Of a stretch of DNA of 64,000 bases, positions 1 through 10,265 are shown one piece after another; position 1 is the first letter of the stretch, and each line of letters opens with the position of its first letter. The notes below the pieces were generated by a model. It worked only from the letters and a program-made list of their open reading frames with translations, did no database searches and was not told the origin of the DNA. Origin of the DNA: an uncultured Nitrospiraceae bacterium (GTDB taxonomy: Bacteria > Nitrospirota > Nitrospiria > Nitrospirales > Nitrospiraceae); the NCBI GenBank assembly GCA_963706325.1, contig CAVPLT010000007.1, positions 1 through 64,000 of the forward strand. The letters are read 5' to 3'. The position numbers and the translations under genes were made by a program.

Positions 1-554
1 ATCCTCAATTTTGGTTGATCGCGAGTATTCTCCCGGCCGTCTTCGTCGTCCTGTTGGTCGTCACGCATCGATTCCTTCCATTGTCCCACGTCTCTTATGC
101 GCTGATTACCGCTTTCCTGACGCTACACACCATCGGCGTTCATTATACGTACGCTGAAGTGCCGATGGGCTTGTGGATGGACCAGGCGCTACATCTCGGA
201 CGCAATCACTTCGACCGGATCGTACATTTCAGTTTCGGCTTCTTGTTGGCGTATCCCATGGAAGAGCTGTTTCGGATCAGCGCGCGTGTTGAGGGCTGGG
301 TGCTGTATTACCTCCCCGTTATGACTGTGCTGGGGTTGAGTGGACTTGGGAAATATCGAATCGTGGGTCGCGCGCGCCGTCCATCCTGAACTGGGCATTG
401 CCTATCTGGGTTCGCAAGGAGATATTGGGACGCTCAGAAAGATATGGCCGCCGCCTTGTATGGCGCGTTACTCTGCATGACGCTGCTCCTGGTGGTGCGC
501 GCGTTGCGAGGCGCCGACTCGATGCTGGAATCCGAAGCCGCCCTTTCTGAATAG
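1..554 (+). pseudogene. DUF2238 (YjdF-like) inner-membrane protein, 5' end off-window, frameshifted
   Basis: ORF 15-389 has LHTIGVHYTYAEVP and RNHFDRIVHFSFG. The C-terminal motif (IESWVARAVHPELGIAYLGSQGD-WDAQKDM) continues in shifted frames after ~345 and ~427 to TAG at 552-554. Confidence 0.8.
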
Positions 555-563
555 TCTGTAGCT

Positions 564-1249
564 ATGGTTCAGGAGAAAGAGCTCAGGACAACGGAGGCGA
601 GACGACCTCCGGATCTTAAGGAGGCTGCTCGGTCTCGTATGTGGTGTTCTGGGTATGGCTCGCCATTGACCCAGTCGACCGCCGAGATTGGTTCCTCGAG
701 AATCTCCTGACGGTCGCGTTCGTGACCGTCCTGGTTGTCACTCATCGACGGTTCACGTTCTCTTGACCTCCTATTGCCTCATCGGCCTCTTCCTGATCTT
801 CCACACGATCGGCGCCCACTACACCTATGCGGAAGTGCCTGTCGGGCATTGGCTGAAGGAGACCCTGGACTTGAGTCGCCAATCCCTTCGATCGAATTGC
901 GCATTTCGCCTACGGACTGTTGTTGGTGTATCCGTTTCGCGAATTGCTCGTACGGCTCGCCGGTGTGAAGGGTCTGTGGTCGTACTATTTGCCGGCCAGC
1001 GGCATCCTGGCTCAGAGCGGATTTTTTGAAGTGATCGAAGCGATCGTCGCCATGATCGTCAGCCCTGAATTCGGAAGTATGTATCTCGGTACTCAGGGGA
1101 TGAGTCGGATGCGCAGAAAGACATGGCGGCTGCCTTCGTCGGATCTCTTCTCACCGTGGCCTCACCTTTGCCCTATTCAGACGCAAGCCGATCAATGGAC
1201 TCCCCGCATGATGCATCCGCAGGCTCCGTTCTGTGTTTCGATTAGGTGA
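564..1249 (+). pseudogene. Second tandem DUF2238 membrane protein, multiply frameshifted
   Basis: Fragments in different frames: AIDPVDRRDWFLENLL, FHTIGAHYTYAEVP, FFEVIEAIVAMIVSPEFGSMYLGTQG, DAQKDM. End is approximate. Confidence 0.75.
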
Positions 1250-2146
1250 ATTCTCGGATGTCGGGAGAGCTGCAAATTCCCGGTTGTGATCTCTCATTCC
1301 GCGGTCCTTCGTAGTTAGCTTTTTTGTTCGAGCGCTCGCAGGAAATCAAACCTCGCCCGCCCCTCGTAGTCACTTCTCGATCTGACACTGCCCCACTGTC
1401 GAGTAATAATTGATCAGGGTCGCACCTGTTGTGGCCAGACGTTCTCGACGATCCTTGAGATCTGCCTGGATGTCTACTGCTGGCAAGAGGCGGCGAAAGC
1501 TGACGAGTTTTTGGCAGGGCCTGGTCGGAACATTCCGTCACGGATTTGGGCGAGGGCCTGTCCCAACGCGCGATTGAGACGATCGCGGGACACACATCAC
1601 TCGTGGGGGTGTAGTCTTCGTTAATTTTCGAATGGCCTATGTACGATCCCACGACTTCACCGTTGGGCTTGAGCAATGTCATCACGAGACGGATCTCTCC
1701 GCTGGTGGTATACGTATTCACGCGGAACAAATTGGCCAGCTTATCGGAATGATAGGGCACGAGCGTCCAGAGCTTTCGACGATCGTGCTCGAAGAACCGT
1801 TCGATGCGGCCAGTGAGAATGAGGTCGGGTCCTGGTCATAGGTGGTGACCTTGCGGAACACGCGATGCGCCGATAGCTCTGCGATCACTTGCTCCGTGAG
1901 GACCTGAGTGAGCTTGGAAGGTGTTTGGTTGACATAGTCATCCGCGACTACGCCGTAACTCGTGTGCCCGGAGAGCAGGTCGTCGGATGCGACGAAGGGG
2001 TGCACTTCCACGACCGCGTCGATAGAGCGATTGAATTCTGTGGGAGGAAGAATGAGATGCGGCTCATAGGTGGTGGAGCAGCCTCCCAACACCACAATGA
2101 GAAATAAACGCTGTAACACCTTGTGCATGTGCTCACTCACAGTCAC
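1242..2146 (-). pseudogene. Hypothetical lipoprotein split by frameshifts
   Basis: Lipobox VLGGC in ORF 1718-2146. Reading continues in another frame after GACCCGAC at ~1825 (DLILTGRIERFFEHDRRKLW) into ORF 1242-1760, with further shifts near 1585 and 1525. End is approximate. Confidence 0.6.
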
Positions 2147-2256
2147 CCGTATTGGGTTATTAAGTCAGCATGGCCCCTGTTCTGTAACTAGGCGAATCCC
2201 CGGTAAAGAGGCATCTATCATCGCAACGACGGTATGACAGCGGCAAAAGTGATCTA

Positions 2257-2285
2257 TTGACAAGAGGACCCGCCCGACATAGCCT
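2257..2285 (+). promoter_or_regulatory. Putative sigma70 promoter
   Basis: TTGACA-17nt-TAGCCT upstream of the O-methyltransferase. Confidence 0.5.
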
Positions 2286-2324
2286 CTTGTCGAATTTTTC
2301 CTCCTATTTGGAAAGGACTATTGG

Positions 2325-3338
2325 ATGGCTTCTCGTTCACGAACTCCTGAGGGGATTTTGCAGTTGGGCCTGGGATTTTGGGGATCGAAAACTTTGCTCA
2401 GCGCCGTCGAACTCGGCCTGTTTACAGAGCTCGCCAGAAAATCGCTTGATGCCGTCGCTTTGACCAAACGGCTAGGGCTTCACCCGCGAAGCGCGCGGGA
2501 TTTCTTTGACGCATTGGTTGCCCTTGGCATGCTCACACGAGTGGGCACACGGTATGCCAACACGTCCGAGACAGCCCTGTTTCTGGACCGCGCCAAACCG
2601 TCGTATGTCGGCGGCATACTCGAAATGGCCAACGCCAGACTCTATCCATTTTGGGGATCGCTGACGGAGGGGCTCCGAACCGGCAAACCCCAGAACGAAG
2701 TCAAAACAGGAGCGGACTTCTTCGGCACACTCTATGCCGATCCGCAACGCCTGGAAGGCTTTCTCAAGGCCATGACCGGGCTCAGTCAGGGAACAGCGCG
2801 GGCCATCGCCGGAAAGTTTCCCTGGAAGAACTATCGCGCCTTTGCCGACGTGGGGTGTGCGCAGGGTGGTGTAGCCGTCGAAATCCTGCTGGCGCACAAG
2901 CATCTGACGGGACAGGGGATGGATCTTCCCGTCGTGCGACCGGTGTTCGAAGCGTATGCACGGACGAAGAAGGTTGAGAAACGTCTGACGTTTCACCCCG
3001 GAGACTTTTTCAAAGACCCTTTGCCCAACACCGATGTCCTCATTATGGGACATATCCTTCATGATTGGGATCTGGAGGAGAAGATGATGCTGTTGCGCAA
3101 AGCTCATCAGGCGCTGCCGACCGGCGGGGCGGTCATCGTCCACGAGGCTCTGATTGACGATGCGAGAAAGCGCAATGCTTTCGGCCTATTGATGAGCCTG
3201 AACATGCTGATCGAAACGCCGGGAGGATTTGATTTCACCGGCGCGGATTGTAAAAAGTGGATGCAGAAGGCGGGTTTTAAACGAACCAAAGTCGAAAAAT
3301 TGGCGGGGCCTGATTCGATGGTGATAGGCTTCAAATAG
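2325..3338 (+). CDS. SAM-dependent O-methyltransferase (methyltransferase_2 family with dimerisation domain)
   Basis: SAVELGLF N-terminal dimerisation domain; [11 protein letters not shown] and HILHDW motifs. Confidence 0.9.
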   Translation: MASRSRTPEGILQLGLGFWGSKTLLSAVELGLFTELARKSLDAVALTKRLGLHPRSARDFFDALVALGMLTRVGTRYANTSETALFLDRAKPSYVGGILEMANARLYPFWGSLTEGLRTGKPQNEVKTGADFFGTLYADPQRLEGFLKAMTGLSQGTARAIAGKFPWKNYRAFADVGCAQGGVAVEILLAHKHLTGQGMDLPVVRPVFEAYARTKKVEKRLTFHPGDFFKDPLPNTDVLIMGHILHDWDLEEKMMLLRKAHQALPTGGAVIVHEALIDDARKRNAFGLLMSLNMLIETPGGFDFTGADCKKWMQKAGFKRTKVEKLAGPDSMVIGFK

Positions 3339-3383
3339 GTTCCCGTATCGCGTCCATTCAGATGACCATAACAAAGGAACCAC

Positions 3384-4217
3384 ATGACCGATACCGCCTC
3401 TCCGAATGCTCCGCGTTGGGCTCTCCCCGCACATGATGACTGGTCGACCCCATTTGCTGAAGTGTTGTTGCAGCAGTTAGATCTCCGTCCCGGTCTTACC
3501 ATTCTCGATGTCGCCTCCGGTCACGGCATTCCGGCTTTCTACTTGGCGGAACAAGTCGGCCAGACCGGGACGGTCGTCGGAATCGATGTCAGCCGCGGCC
3601 AGGTGGCGAACGCGCGGGCTATTCAACGGGCCGAGCTGCCATGGCTCCGATTCGAGTGCCACGACATGCGCGCGTTGCCCGCATCCTTTCCCGCCTTCCA
3701 GCGTATCACCGGCAATCTCTCCGTTATGTTCTTTCGGCCGCACCGTTTTGAGGCGGTGCGTGGACTGATTGAACATCTGATGCCAGGCGGCCAGGTCGTG
3801 CTGACCTTTCCCTCGCTGGGCACCTTCGACTCCATCTGGCAGCGAATCGATCAGGAAATGATCCGGCATGGGCTCACGACCGAACGGGAACGGCTCGCGG
3901 CGCATGTGGCGGAGCGGCCATCGGCTGATGAAGCGCGAGGATGGCTGGAGCGGTTGGAGATGGAACGGATTGCCGTGGTCGAACGGCCGCTCGAGGTGAC
4001 GAGCGGGTCCGGCCCACGATTTCTTCAGCATCCGCTCTTGCGGGGCGGCTTCCTCGACGATGCATACGAATGTTTCGACGATGCGCGGCTTGCCGAAGAA
4101 GTCATGACGCGGGTCTCATTGGATGTGGACAGCATGAGGCCGCTCGTCGCGCAACGCTGTGCTCTCAGCGGCTGGAAGCGACAAACAAATTTGCAGACAC
4201 CAATGATCACAACGTGA
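3384..4217 (+). CDS. Class I SAM-dependent methyltransferase (UbiE-like N-terminus)
   Basis: ILDVASGHG motif I and VVGIDVS motif II. Confidence 0.85.
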   Translation: MTDTASPNAPRWALPAHDDWSTPFAEVLLQQLDLRPGLTILDVASGHGIPAFYLAEQVGQTGTVVGIDVSRGQVANARAIQRAELPWLRFECHDMRALPASFPAFQRITGNLSVMFFRPHRFEAVRGLIEHLMPGGQVVLTFPSLGTFDSIWQRIDQEMIRHGLTTERERLAAHVAERPSADEARGWLERLEMERIAVVERPLEVTSGSGPRFLQHPLLRGGFLDDAYECFDDARLAEEVMTRVSLDVDSMRPLVAQRCALSGWKRQTNLQTPMITT

Positions 4218-4228
4218 CGGAGGGTAAT

Positions 4229-4762
4229 TTGCGAGTTCACATCAGTCTTATGGTAGCGGGAGTCATGAATTTGTTTCTCCTGATGGGGTGCGGCTCAGTA
4301 CCCTTTCAATACGTTCGGCAAGCGGAGTCTGGAGTGACCCTGACCTCCCTGACGGCATCGCCAGAAGTCTATCAAGGAAAGACGGTCATACTAGGCGGGG
4401 TCGTCGTCGACCAGAAGCAGGAGGGGCAGCGGCTGTGGCTCCATCTTAAAAATCGTCCACTGGACCAGGATTATCGGCCTCATCGTCCGGTCGTGAATGA
4501 GGGGCCGGAAGCGGGGTATTATTGGGTCAGGGTGACGAACAGCTCGAGGTTGCCTCCCAAGTGGAAGCAATGGGCGAGGGTTACCGTGGTCGGACGTGTT
4601 TTGGATCCGAAACAGAACGAGTCTCCGATCGGCCCGTTGCAGGAACCGCTTCTGAACTTGGTGTTCATGCGTGGGTGGACGATGAGCCACCAAAATGCTT
4701 TGGAGGAGTTGGTGGATGCGAGCTTTCTGCTTTCTGTTCCGGAAGCACTCCGTGAAGAGTAA
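4229..4762 (+). CDS. Slp-family outer-membrane lipoprotein
   Basis: Lipobox LMGC; PEVYQGKTVILGGVVV, RPLD and VTVVGRV motifs. TTG start follows GGAGGG. Confidence 0.75.
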   Translation: MRVHISLMVAGVMNLFLLMGCGSVPFQYVRQAESGVTLTSLTASPEVYQGKTVILGGVVVDQKQEGQRLWLHLKNRPLDQDYRPHRPVVNEGPEAGYYWVRVTNSSRLPPKWKQWARVTVVGRVLDPKQNESPIGPLQEPLLNLVFMRGWTMSHQNALEELVDASFLLSVPEALREE

Positions 4763-4803
4763 GGCATCGGGAAGGTTTGACAGGGCATATCCCCGCCTGC
4801 AGT

Positions 4804-5562
4804 TTACGGTCGTCGATCCTTGGCATACCGACTGTGGAGCTTGACTGTGGTGCGGGTTCGTTTCCGGCGCATGCGAATATTCAGCATCTCGACGGTCACG
4901 GAAAAGGCCATGGAAAAGTAGATGTAGCCTTTGGGCACATGCACATCGAATCCCTCGACCATCAACGTCACGCCCACCAGAATTAAAAAAGATAGGGCTA
5001 GAATTTTAATCGTGGGGTGCGCATCCACAAATTCGCCGATGGCCTTGGCCGCCATCAACATCACGACGACCGCGAGAATGATGGCGATCGCCATGATCGA
5101 CACATGGTCGACCAAGCCCACCGCCGTAATCACCGAATCCAGCGAAAAGACGATGTCCAGAAGCGCAATCTGAATGAGCACCATGCCCAGGCTGGCGACG
5201 GCGACTGGGACCGAGCGGTCCTCGACTCCTTCAAGACTGTTGTGGATTTCATGCGTCGCTTTCGCCATGAGGAATAGCCCGCCCCCAATCAGGATGAAAT
5301 CCCGTCCGGAAATCTCCTGTCCGAGGACCGTGATCCAGGGATGGGTGAGTCCCATCACCCAGGAAATGGAAAACAACAGGCCCAAGCGGGCGATCATCGC
5401 GAGAGCCAGTCCCAGCTTGCGCGCTAAGTCACGCTGTTTCTCGGGCAGGCGGCCCACAAGCACGGAGATAAAGATGATATTGTCGATTCCCAGCACGATC
5501 TCCAACGCGGTCAGCGTTCCCAATGCGATCCATATCTCAGGATCGGCCAGCCATTCAAACAT
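4804..5562 (-). CDS. TerC-family membrane protein
   Basis: LEIVLGIDN, DIVFSLDSVITAVG and PKGYIYFSMAFS motifs. Confidence 0.92.
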   Translation of the reverse strand: MFEWLADPEIWIALGTLTALEIVLGIDNIIFISVLVGRLPEKQRDLARKLGLALAMIARLGLLFSISWVMGLTHPWITVLGQEISGRDFILIGGGLFLMAKATHEIHNSLEGVEDRSVPVAVASLGMVLIQIALLDIVFSLDSVITAVGLVDHVSIMAIAIILAVVVMLMAAKAIGEFVDAHPTIKILALSFLILVGVTLMVEGFDVHVPKGYIYFSMAFSVTVEMLNIRMRRKRTRTTVKLHSRYAKDRRP

Positions 5563-5811
5563 CAGCGGCTCCAGTCGTGAATGAACAGACGAGCGATTCG
5601 ATCTGTCATGGATGGGTCTGCAACATAGAGGGGCGTCGGGGAAGTCTACCGTTCCGGGCGATCCGGCGCAATCAAAACGTCAGGAGGGCCTGCGGACAGT
5701 ACTAGGGAGGATGAAGCCGATAGAGCGAAGTGGAGCGATACCCTGCGGAATTCAGCGGGCCCGCACTAGAACGACCCTCTTCAGGTCAGCCACGGTGCTC
5801 AGAATCGGGCA

Positions 5812-6903
5812 CTATGCCGGGTCACTTTTCACAGCGGACTTTCGGTGCAGCGTTTCACGGAAGAGCAGGTTTAAGTCCTGGGTCATCAGGTTGACGTGCG
5901 TCTTGAGCAATCCCAGCATTTCACCCCGGTGCCGAAGCTCGCTGATCCGGTACAGTCCCCCGTCGCCGAAAAAAAGGTCTACGCGGCGGCGCTCCTGGTT
6001 CGAGCCAGGCTGTCCCAAGCGCGCGCGCCAGCTTCCGACGATACTCTCGCGTCGGCTCCGCTTGCTGGTTTCTCGCACCGGCCCATTCAGATAGCGCCAG
6101 ACCGGGGCAGGAAACTGAGTAGTGGATTGGCCGCCATGCCACACTTCAGTCATGAGGTTGCGCCCGTGCTTTAATTCATAGGACTGGTCACCACCCAGGG
6201 CCGCCACGCCGAATCCCAGGGCCGCGGCGCTTCCCGTAAGATCGATCACACCGGAAATAATTTCTGCCCCGAGCAGGAGAAAGGTTCCGGCAAACACACC
6301 TGAAATAGAGTCGGCCAGAATGGCCAAAATCGTTCGACCTTGCTGAACGTCATTCCTGATGTCCTCTAGACGGGACGCGATGTCCTCGGTGCGCGCCTTC
6401 TCGCATTCCAGCTCCGCGGCAATGCTGTTCGCCTCGAACAGGGCTAACAGGAGCCGGTCGGACAGTTCCTGGCGGACCGTTAGGAAGCGCAGTGATGCGC
6501 CGTCCAACCCACTCGCGATCTCATCTTCAAGCGCGTTGAACTCAGCAAGAAGGCCGTCCACGCCGATAATGGCCGCAACCTGCTGCGCCCGGGGCGAAAA
6601 CGGCAAGGGTGCGATGGAAGAGGTCAGCGAATGTCGTGGCGTCCGGTGGATCGGGTACGCCTCGGTTTCGACCGACAGGGTGACAAGTTCCGCGGTCGGA
6701 ACGGTAGCCGGTTCGCAATAACTCTGGGCTATGCTCTCATCCTCGTCGTCGTCGCTGACGTCTTTGATGCTGAGCCCGCCGACGCAGCCGGGCAGCCAGA
6801 CGACGAGCAGACAACAGGCCATAAAGATTGGAGGCCTGTGGTATCGTCGTGGCCTGTCACCTGGCGTCGCAGCACTGTTGGTTGAGGAAAGCTGGACCTT
6901 CAC
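5812..6903 (-). CDS. Hypothetical lipoprotein
   Basis: 363-aa ORF with lipobox WLPGC, coiled-coil segments and a Gly-rich hydrophobic hairpin. True start may be internal. Confidence 0.6.
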   Translation of the reverse strand: MKVQLSSTNSAATPGDRPRRYHRPPIFMACCLLVVWLPGCVGGLSIKDVSDDDEDESIAQSYCEPATVPTAELVTLSVETEAYPIHRTPRHSLTSSIAPLPFSPRAQQVAAIIGVDGLLAEFNALEDEIASGLDGASLRFLTVRQELSDRLLLALFEANSIAAELECEKARTEDIASRLEDIRNDVQQGRTILAILADSISGVFAGTFLLLGAEIISGVIDLTGSAAALGFGVAALGGDQSYELKHGRNLMTEVWHGGQSTTQFPAPVWRYLNGPVRETSKRSRRESIVGSWRARLGQPGSNQERRRVDLFFGDGGLYRISELRHRGEMLGLLKTHVNLMTQDLNLLFRETLHRKSAVKSDPA

Positions 6904-7119
6904 TGTGATATCCCATTCAAAATGCCTGTTGAATCCGAGACATTGCTGAGCCTTCAGGCTGAAGCCTCACGTCCTTTCGGGGCCGACGTCACTTCGGCAA
7001 AGGGAGGGCTTTGCAGAAAGACTACAACGGGAAGATGAAGTGGCGATGAAGGGGCGATGAATTTTTCTTCATGGAGGTACAAGGCGGCCCGCAGGAGCCC
7101 GCCGCGCAGGCCTGACGCG

Positions 7120-7974
7120 CTAGGCCGGTGGGCTGCGTTTCAAAAACTGAGGGCGGTCGCGAATCGACACCATCTTTACCAGATCCCGAATCGAGAGCAC
7201 ACCGACGACCCCTCCGTTCTCAGTGACGGCCAGATGGCGGATCCGGTGTTCAGCCATGTGCTCGCTGGCATCGTGGATGGTGCGGTTGATGTCGATCTCG
7301 ATCAGGGGCGAGTTCATAACGGTGCCCACTCGTGTCGCGAGGGGATCGAGTTGGTCGGCGAGCACTTTTCGGACGAGGTCGGCCTCGGTGATGATGCCGA
7401 CTAGTTCCTCCGCCTCCGTCACAAACAGCGCCCCGATATGTTTGTCCGCCATCTGTTGCGCGGCGGCGAGGGCCGTATGGTGGCTCCCGATGCTGATAAT
7501 GGCGCGGTTCATGAGCACGCTCAGAGGGCGATACACGTCGGAGAGGGACTGTACCGGACCGCCGTCGGCTTCGACGAAATGCCTCACGAGGTCGCGCACC
7601 GAAATCACGCCGAGCACCTCCGCGCCGTCGGAGACGGCGAGGTGCCGCACCCGTTTGGTTTCCATCAAGTGACTGGCATCGAGCATCGGACGGTGCGGCT
7701 CGATGGTGATGAGGGGACTGCTCATGATCTCCAGCATGCTGGTGTGAGAGGGGACTCGGCCCGGTGCCAGTACTTTGCCGACCAGATCGGTTTCAGTGAC
7801 GATCCCGGCGATTCGGCAATCGTTGTGTGGGCGATCGAAGGTTTCAATCAGCACGGAGCCGATGCGGCGCTCTCGCATTCTGGTGGCGACCGTCACCACG
7901 GAGGCATCCTGTGGGACCACCTCCAATTGGCGGTGCATGTAATCGTTGACGTGCTGGCCTGATGCGGTCGTCAT
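7120..7974 (-). CDS. CBS-domain protein (two Bateman modules)
   Basis: Repeated GIVTETDLV/GIITEADLV, IMSSPL/VMNSPL, RHLAV and GVISVRDLV/GVLSIRDLV. Confidence 0.9.
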   Translation of the reverse strand: MTTASGQHVNDYMHRQLEVVPQDASVVTVATRMRERRIGSVLIETFDRPHNDCRIAGIVTETDLVGKVLAPGRVPSHTSMLEIMSSPLITIEPHRPMLDASHLMETKRVRHLAVSDGAEVLGVISVRDLVRHFVEADGGPVQSLSDVYRPLSVLMNRAIISIGSHHTALAAAQQMADKHIGALFVTEAEELVGIITEADLVRKVLADQLDPLATRVGTVMNSPLIEIDINRTIHDASEHMAEHRIRHLAVTENGGVVGVLSIRDLVKMVSIRDRPQFLKRSPPA

Positions 7975-8489
7975 AGATGTTCCTTTCTTTCAGTCAGATT
8001 CCACGCCAGTCGAGCGGAGTTCCCTACCTGCCCTTGGGCTATATAAATAAAGAAAAATCCCTCCCATCGCAATGCCGGCTTAAATCAGTCTCCGCGAGTG
8101 AAATCATTGCGGCGTTCTTCAGGCGACGTCGGTGCTGGTTATTCCCATGGCGAGGCCGATATCACCCATTTTTAACCAAGCGCATCAATTCTCCAAATGG
8201 ATTTTTTTGCTGGGTATGGTGCGGCGTATTGCAGCAGCGTGGAGCTTCGGTTGGGGTATTTGGCAGCAGTCGAATCGGCTCGGATGGTGCGTCTGGAGAA
8301 TAATGGCCAATGGCGTCTGTGCGGGCTGCTCCAGCGTGCCATGTGATCCTCCGGCATCACGATTGCTAGAGCTGCAGAAGGGAGATACATAAGCCTCGCC
8401 GGACTGGACATCCACCCGCGAGTAATCCGTGATCGCGATTTTTCGCAACCCTTGCAACCTTCGCTTCGTGCCAGCTAGGCTTAGGGGAG

Positions 8490-8513
8490 CCCACTAGGGG
8501 TTCCCCTAGTGGG
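8490..8513. promoter_or_regulatory. Perfect 11-bp inverted repeat upstream of rsbR (candidate operator)
   Basis: CCCACTAGGGG-TT-CCCCTAGTGGG. Confidence 0.55.
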
Positions 8514-8617
8514 AGGGTAAGATGTGGCGAGGCTAGACTGGCCTGCCCGTTTCTACTCCCGGGTATTCCACCAGTTCATGTCGGTCATCAGCATAGGAAG
8601 AGGAGGAAGAAGGGGCA

Positions 8618-9481
8618 ATGGAAAAACAACCCAAACTAGCGGAAAGCGTTCGGACCCAACAGGAGCTCATCCTCAAGGAGTGGCTAGCACTTCAATTGGC
8701 TGCGACGACGCTACGTCGGGATCTCATGAAGGAAAGTGAACTGCGCGATCACTCGCGCGAATTCCTGAGCCTCTTCACGAAGGCTTTGGAGGGTAGCGCT
8801 GAAATCGGCGACGTTTCCTGGAAGCCCGTCTTGGATTTCTTGGCACAGACAGCCCGCTCGTGGGTGCGCCAGGGATTCACCTCCTCAGAAACCGCCACCT
8901 TTGTTTTTTCACTGAAGCAACCCATGTTTGACGTGATTCGGGCGCACATGAAGGACGCGAAGGATCTCGCGGGCGCCCTGTGGACCGTCACGACGCTTCT
9001 CGACGGCCTCGGTTTACAGGTCATGGAATTCCATCAACAGAACCGCGAAGAGGTCATTCGCCGACAGCAGGAAGAACTACTGGAATTGTCGACGCCGGTC
9101 GTCCAGTTGTTCGATAACATTCTCGCTTTGCCGCTGATCGGCACGCTGGATAGCGCGCGCACCCAGATCGTCATGGAAAATCTGTTGCAACGGATTGTGG
9201 AGACCGGCGCCATGATCGCCATCATCGACATCACCGGAGTGCCGACGGTGGATACGTTGGTCGCGCAACACCTCCTGAAGACTGTCGCCGCCGCCAGGCT
9301 CATGGGCGCCGATTGCATCATCAGCGGAATTCGACCGCAGATTGCCCAGACGATTGTGCATCTTGGCGTTGATTTGAGCGAGGTCATCACGAAGGCGACC
9401 CTCGCGGATGCCTTCTTAGTGGCGCTGCAACGCACCGGCGCCAGTATTTCGAAGTCTGCGGCAGCCAAGCCGAAACAATGA
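8618..9481 (+). CDS. rsbR: Stressosome sensor RsbR (helical N-terminal domain + STAS)
   Basis: ELSTPVVQL, LPLIGTLDSAR, IDITGVPTVDTLVAQHL and SGIRPQIAQTIVHLG. Confidence 0.93.
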   Translation: MEKQPKLAESVRTQQELILKEWLALQLAATTLRRDLMKESELRDHSREFLSLFTKALEGSAEIGDVSWKPVLDFLAQTARSWVRQGFTSSETATFVFSLKQPMFDVIRAHMKDAKDLAGALWTVTTLLDGLGLQVMEFHQQNREEVIRRQQEELLELSTPVVQLFDNILALPLIGTLDSARTQIVMENLLQRIVETGAMIAIIDITGVPTVDTLVAQHLLKTVAAARLMGADCIISGIRPQIAQTIVHLGVDLSEVITKATLADAFLVALQRTGASISKSAAAKPKQ

Positions 9482-9873
9482 CCATGGAACGAATCCCAAT
9501 TTTAAAAATGGGAAGCTTTCTGTTGGTCACTGTGCAGGTCGATATGCACGACCGCCTCGCCATGACGCTCCAAGATGATCTCACCGGCCGAATCGTGAAA
9601 GATCGGGCGCATGGTGTTCTCATCGATATCTCCTCGCTGGAGATCGTGGACTCGTTCATCGGACGGATGATCGGCAACATCGCGAACATGGCACGCGTTT
9701 TAGATGCGGAAACCGTGGTGGTCGGTATGCGTCCGGCCGTGGCGATTACTCTCGTGGAGCTGGGACTGTCTCTTCCTGGCGTGCGTACGGCGCTCAACGT
9801 CGACAAGGGGGTTGAGATGCTGAACGGCTCTCTCCATCAGGGTGTGAGAGGGAATGGCCATCTTGCGGGATGA
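9478..9873 (+). CDS. rsbS: Stressosome scaffold RsbS (STAS)
   Basis: IPILK, IDISSLEIVDSF (phosphoacceptor Ser) and GMRPAVAITLVELG. ATGA overlap with rsbR. Confidence 0.93.
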   Translation: MTMERIPILKMGSFLLVTVQVDMHDRLAMTLQDDLTGRIVKDRAHGVLIDISSLEIVDSFIGRMIGNIANMARVLDAETVVVGMRPAVAITLVELGLSLPGVRTALNVDKGVEMLNGSLHQGVRGNGHLAG

Positions 9874-10258
9874 GACGTTCCCGATCCGATCGTCGGATGA
9901 CATCGTGAAGGTTCGCCAAATGACGCGAGAGTGGGCCCTGATGCAGGCGTTCTCGCTGGTCGATCAGACGAAGATTGTGACGGCGGCCAGTGAACTGGCC
10001 CGCAATACGCTGGAGCATGGTCGAGGGGGAGAGGTGCGGATTCAGGCCCTTGACGTTGGTCAACGCAGAGGAGTGCGACTGACGTTCACCGATCAGGGGC
10101 CTGGGATTCCGGATCTGGAGAAAGCGTTGCGAGATGGATTCACGACCGGCAATGGCATGGGCCTGGGCCTGAGCGGCTCGAAGCGCCTCGTGAATGATTT
10201 CGATATACAGACGGAAGTGGATAAAGGCACGACGGTCATGATCGCGCGCTGGAAGTGA
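9854..10258 (+). CDS. rsbT: Ser/Thr kinase RsbT
   Basis: DIVKVRQ, TAASELARN, DQGPGIPD and GMGLGLSGSKRLV. Confidence 0.93.
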   Translation: MAILRDETFPIRSSDDIVKVRQMTREWALMQAFSLVDQTKIVTAASELARNTLEHGRGGEVRIQALDVGQRRGVRLTFTDQGPGIPDLEKALRDGFTTGNGMGLGLSGSKRLVNDFDIQTEVDKGTTVMIARWK

Positions 10259-10265
10259 GGGAAGA

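Noticed and set aside
5563..5810. yybP-ykoY (Mn) riboswitch upstream of the TerC gene
   Set aside because: The expected GGGGAGUAG and CAAUAC-type elements are not visible; only a generic imperfect hairpin at ~5585-5608.
8499..8567. sigmaB-type promoter before rsbR (GGGTAA 8515, GGGTAT 8561)
   Set aside because: The -35 GTTT element is either degenerate or wrongly spaced (8 nt), and no sigmaB gene is seen.
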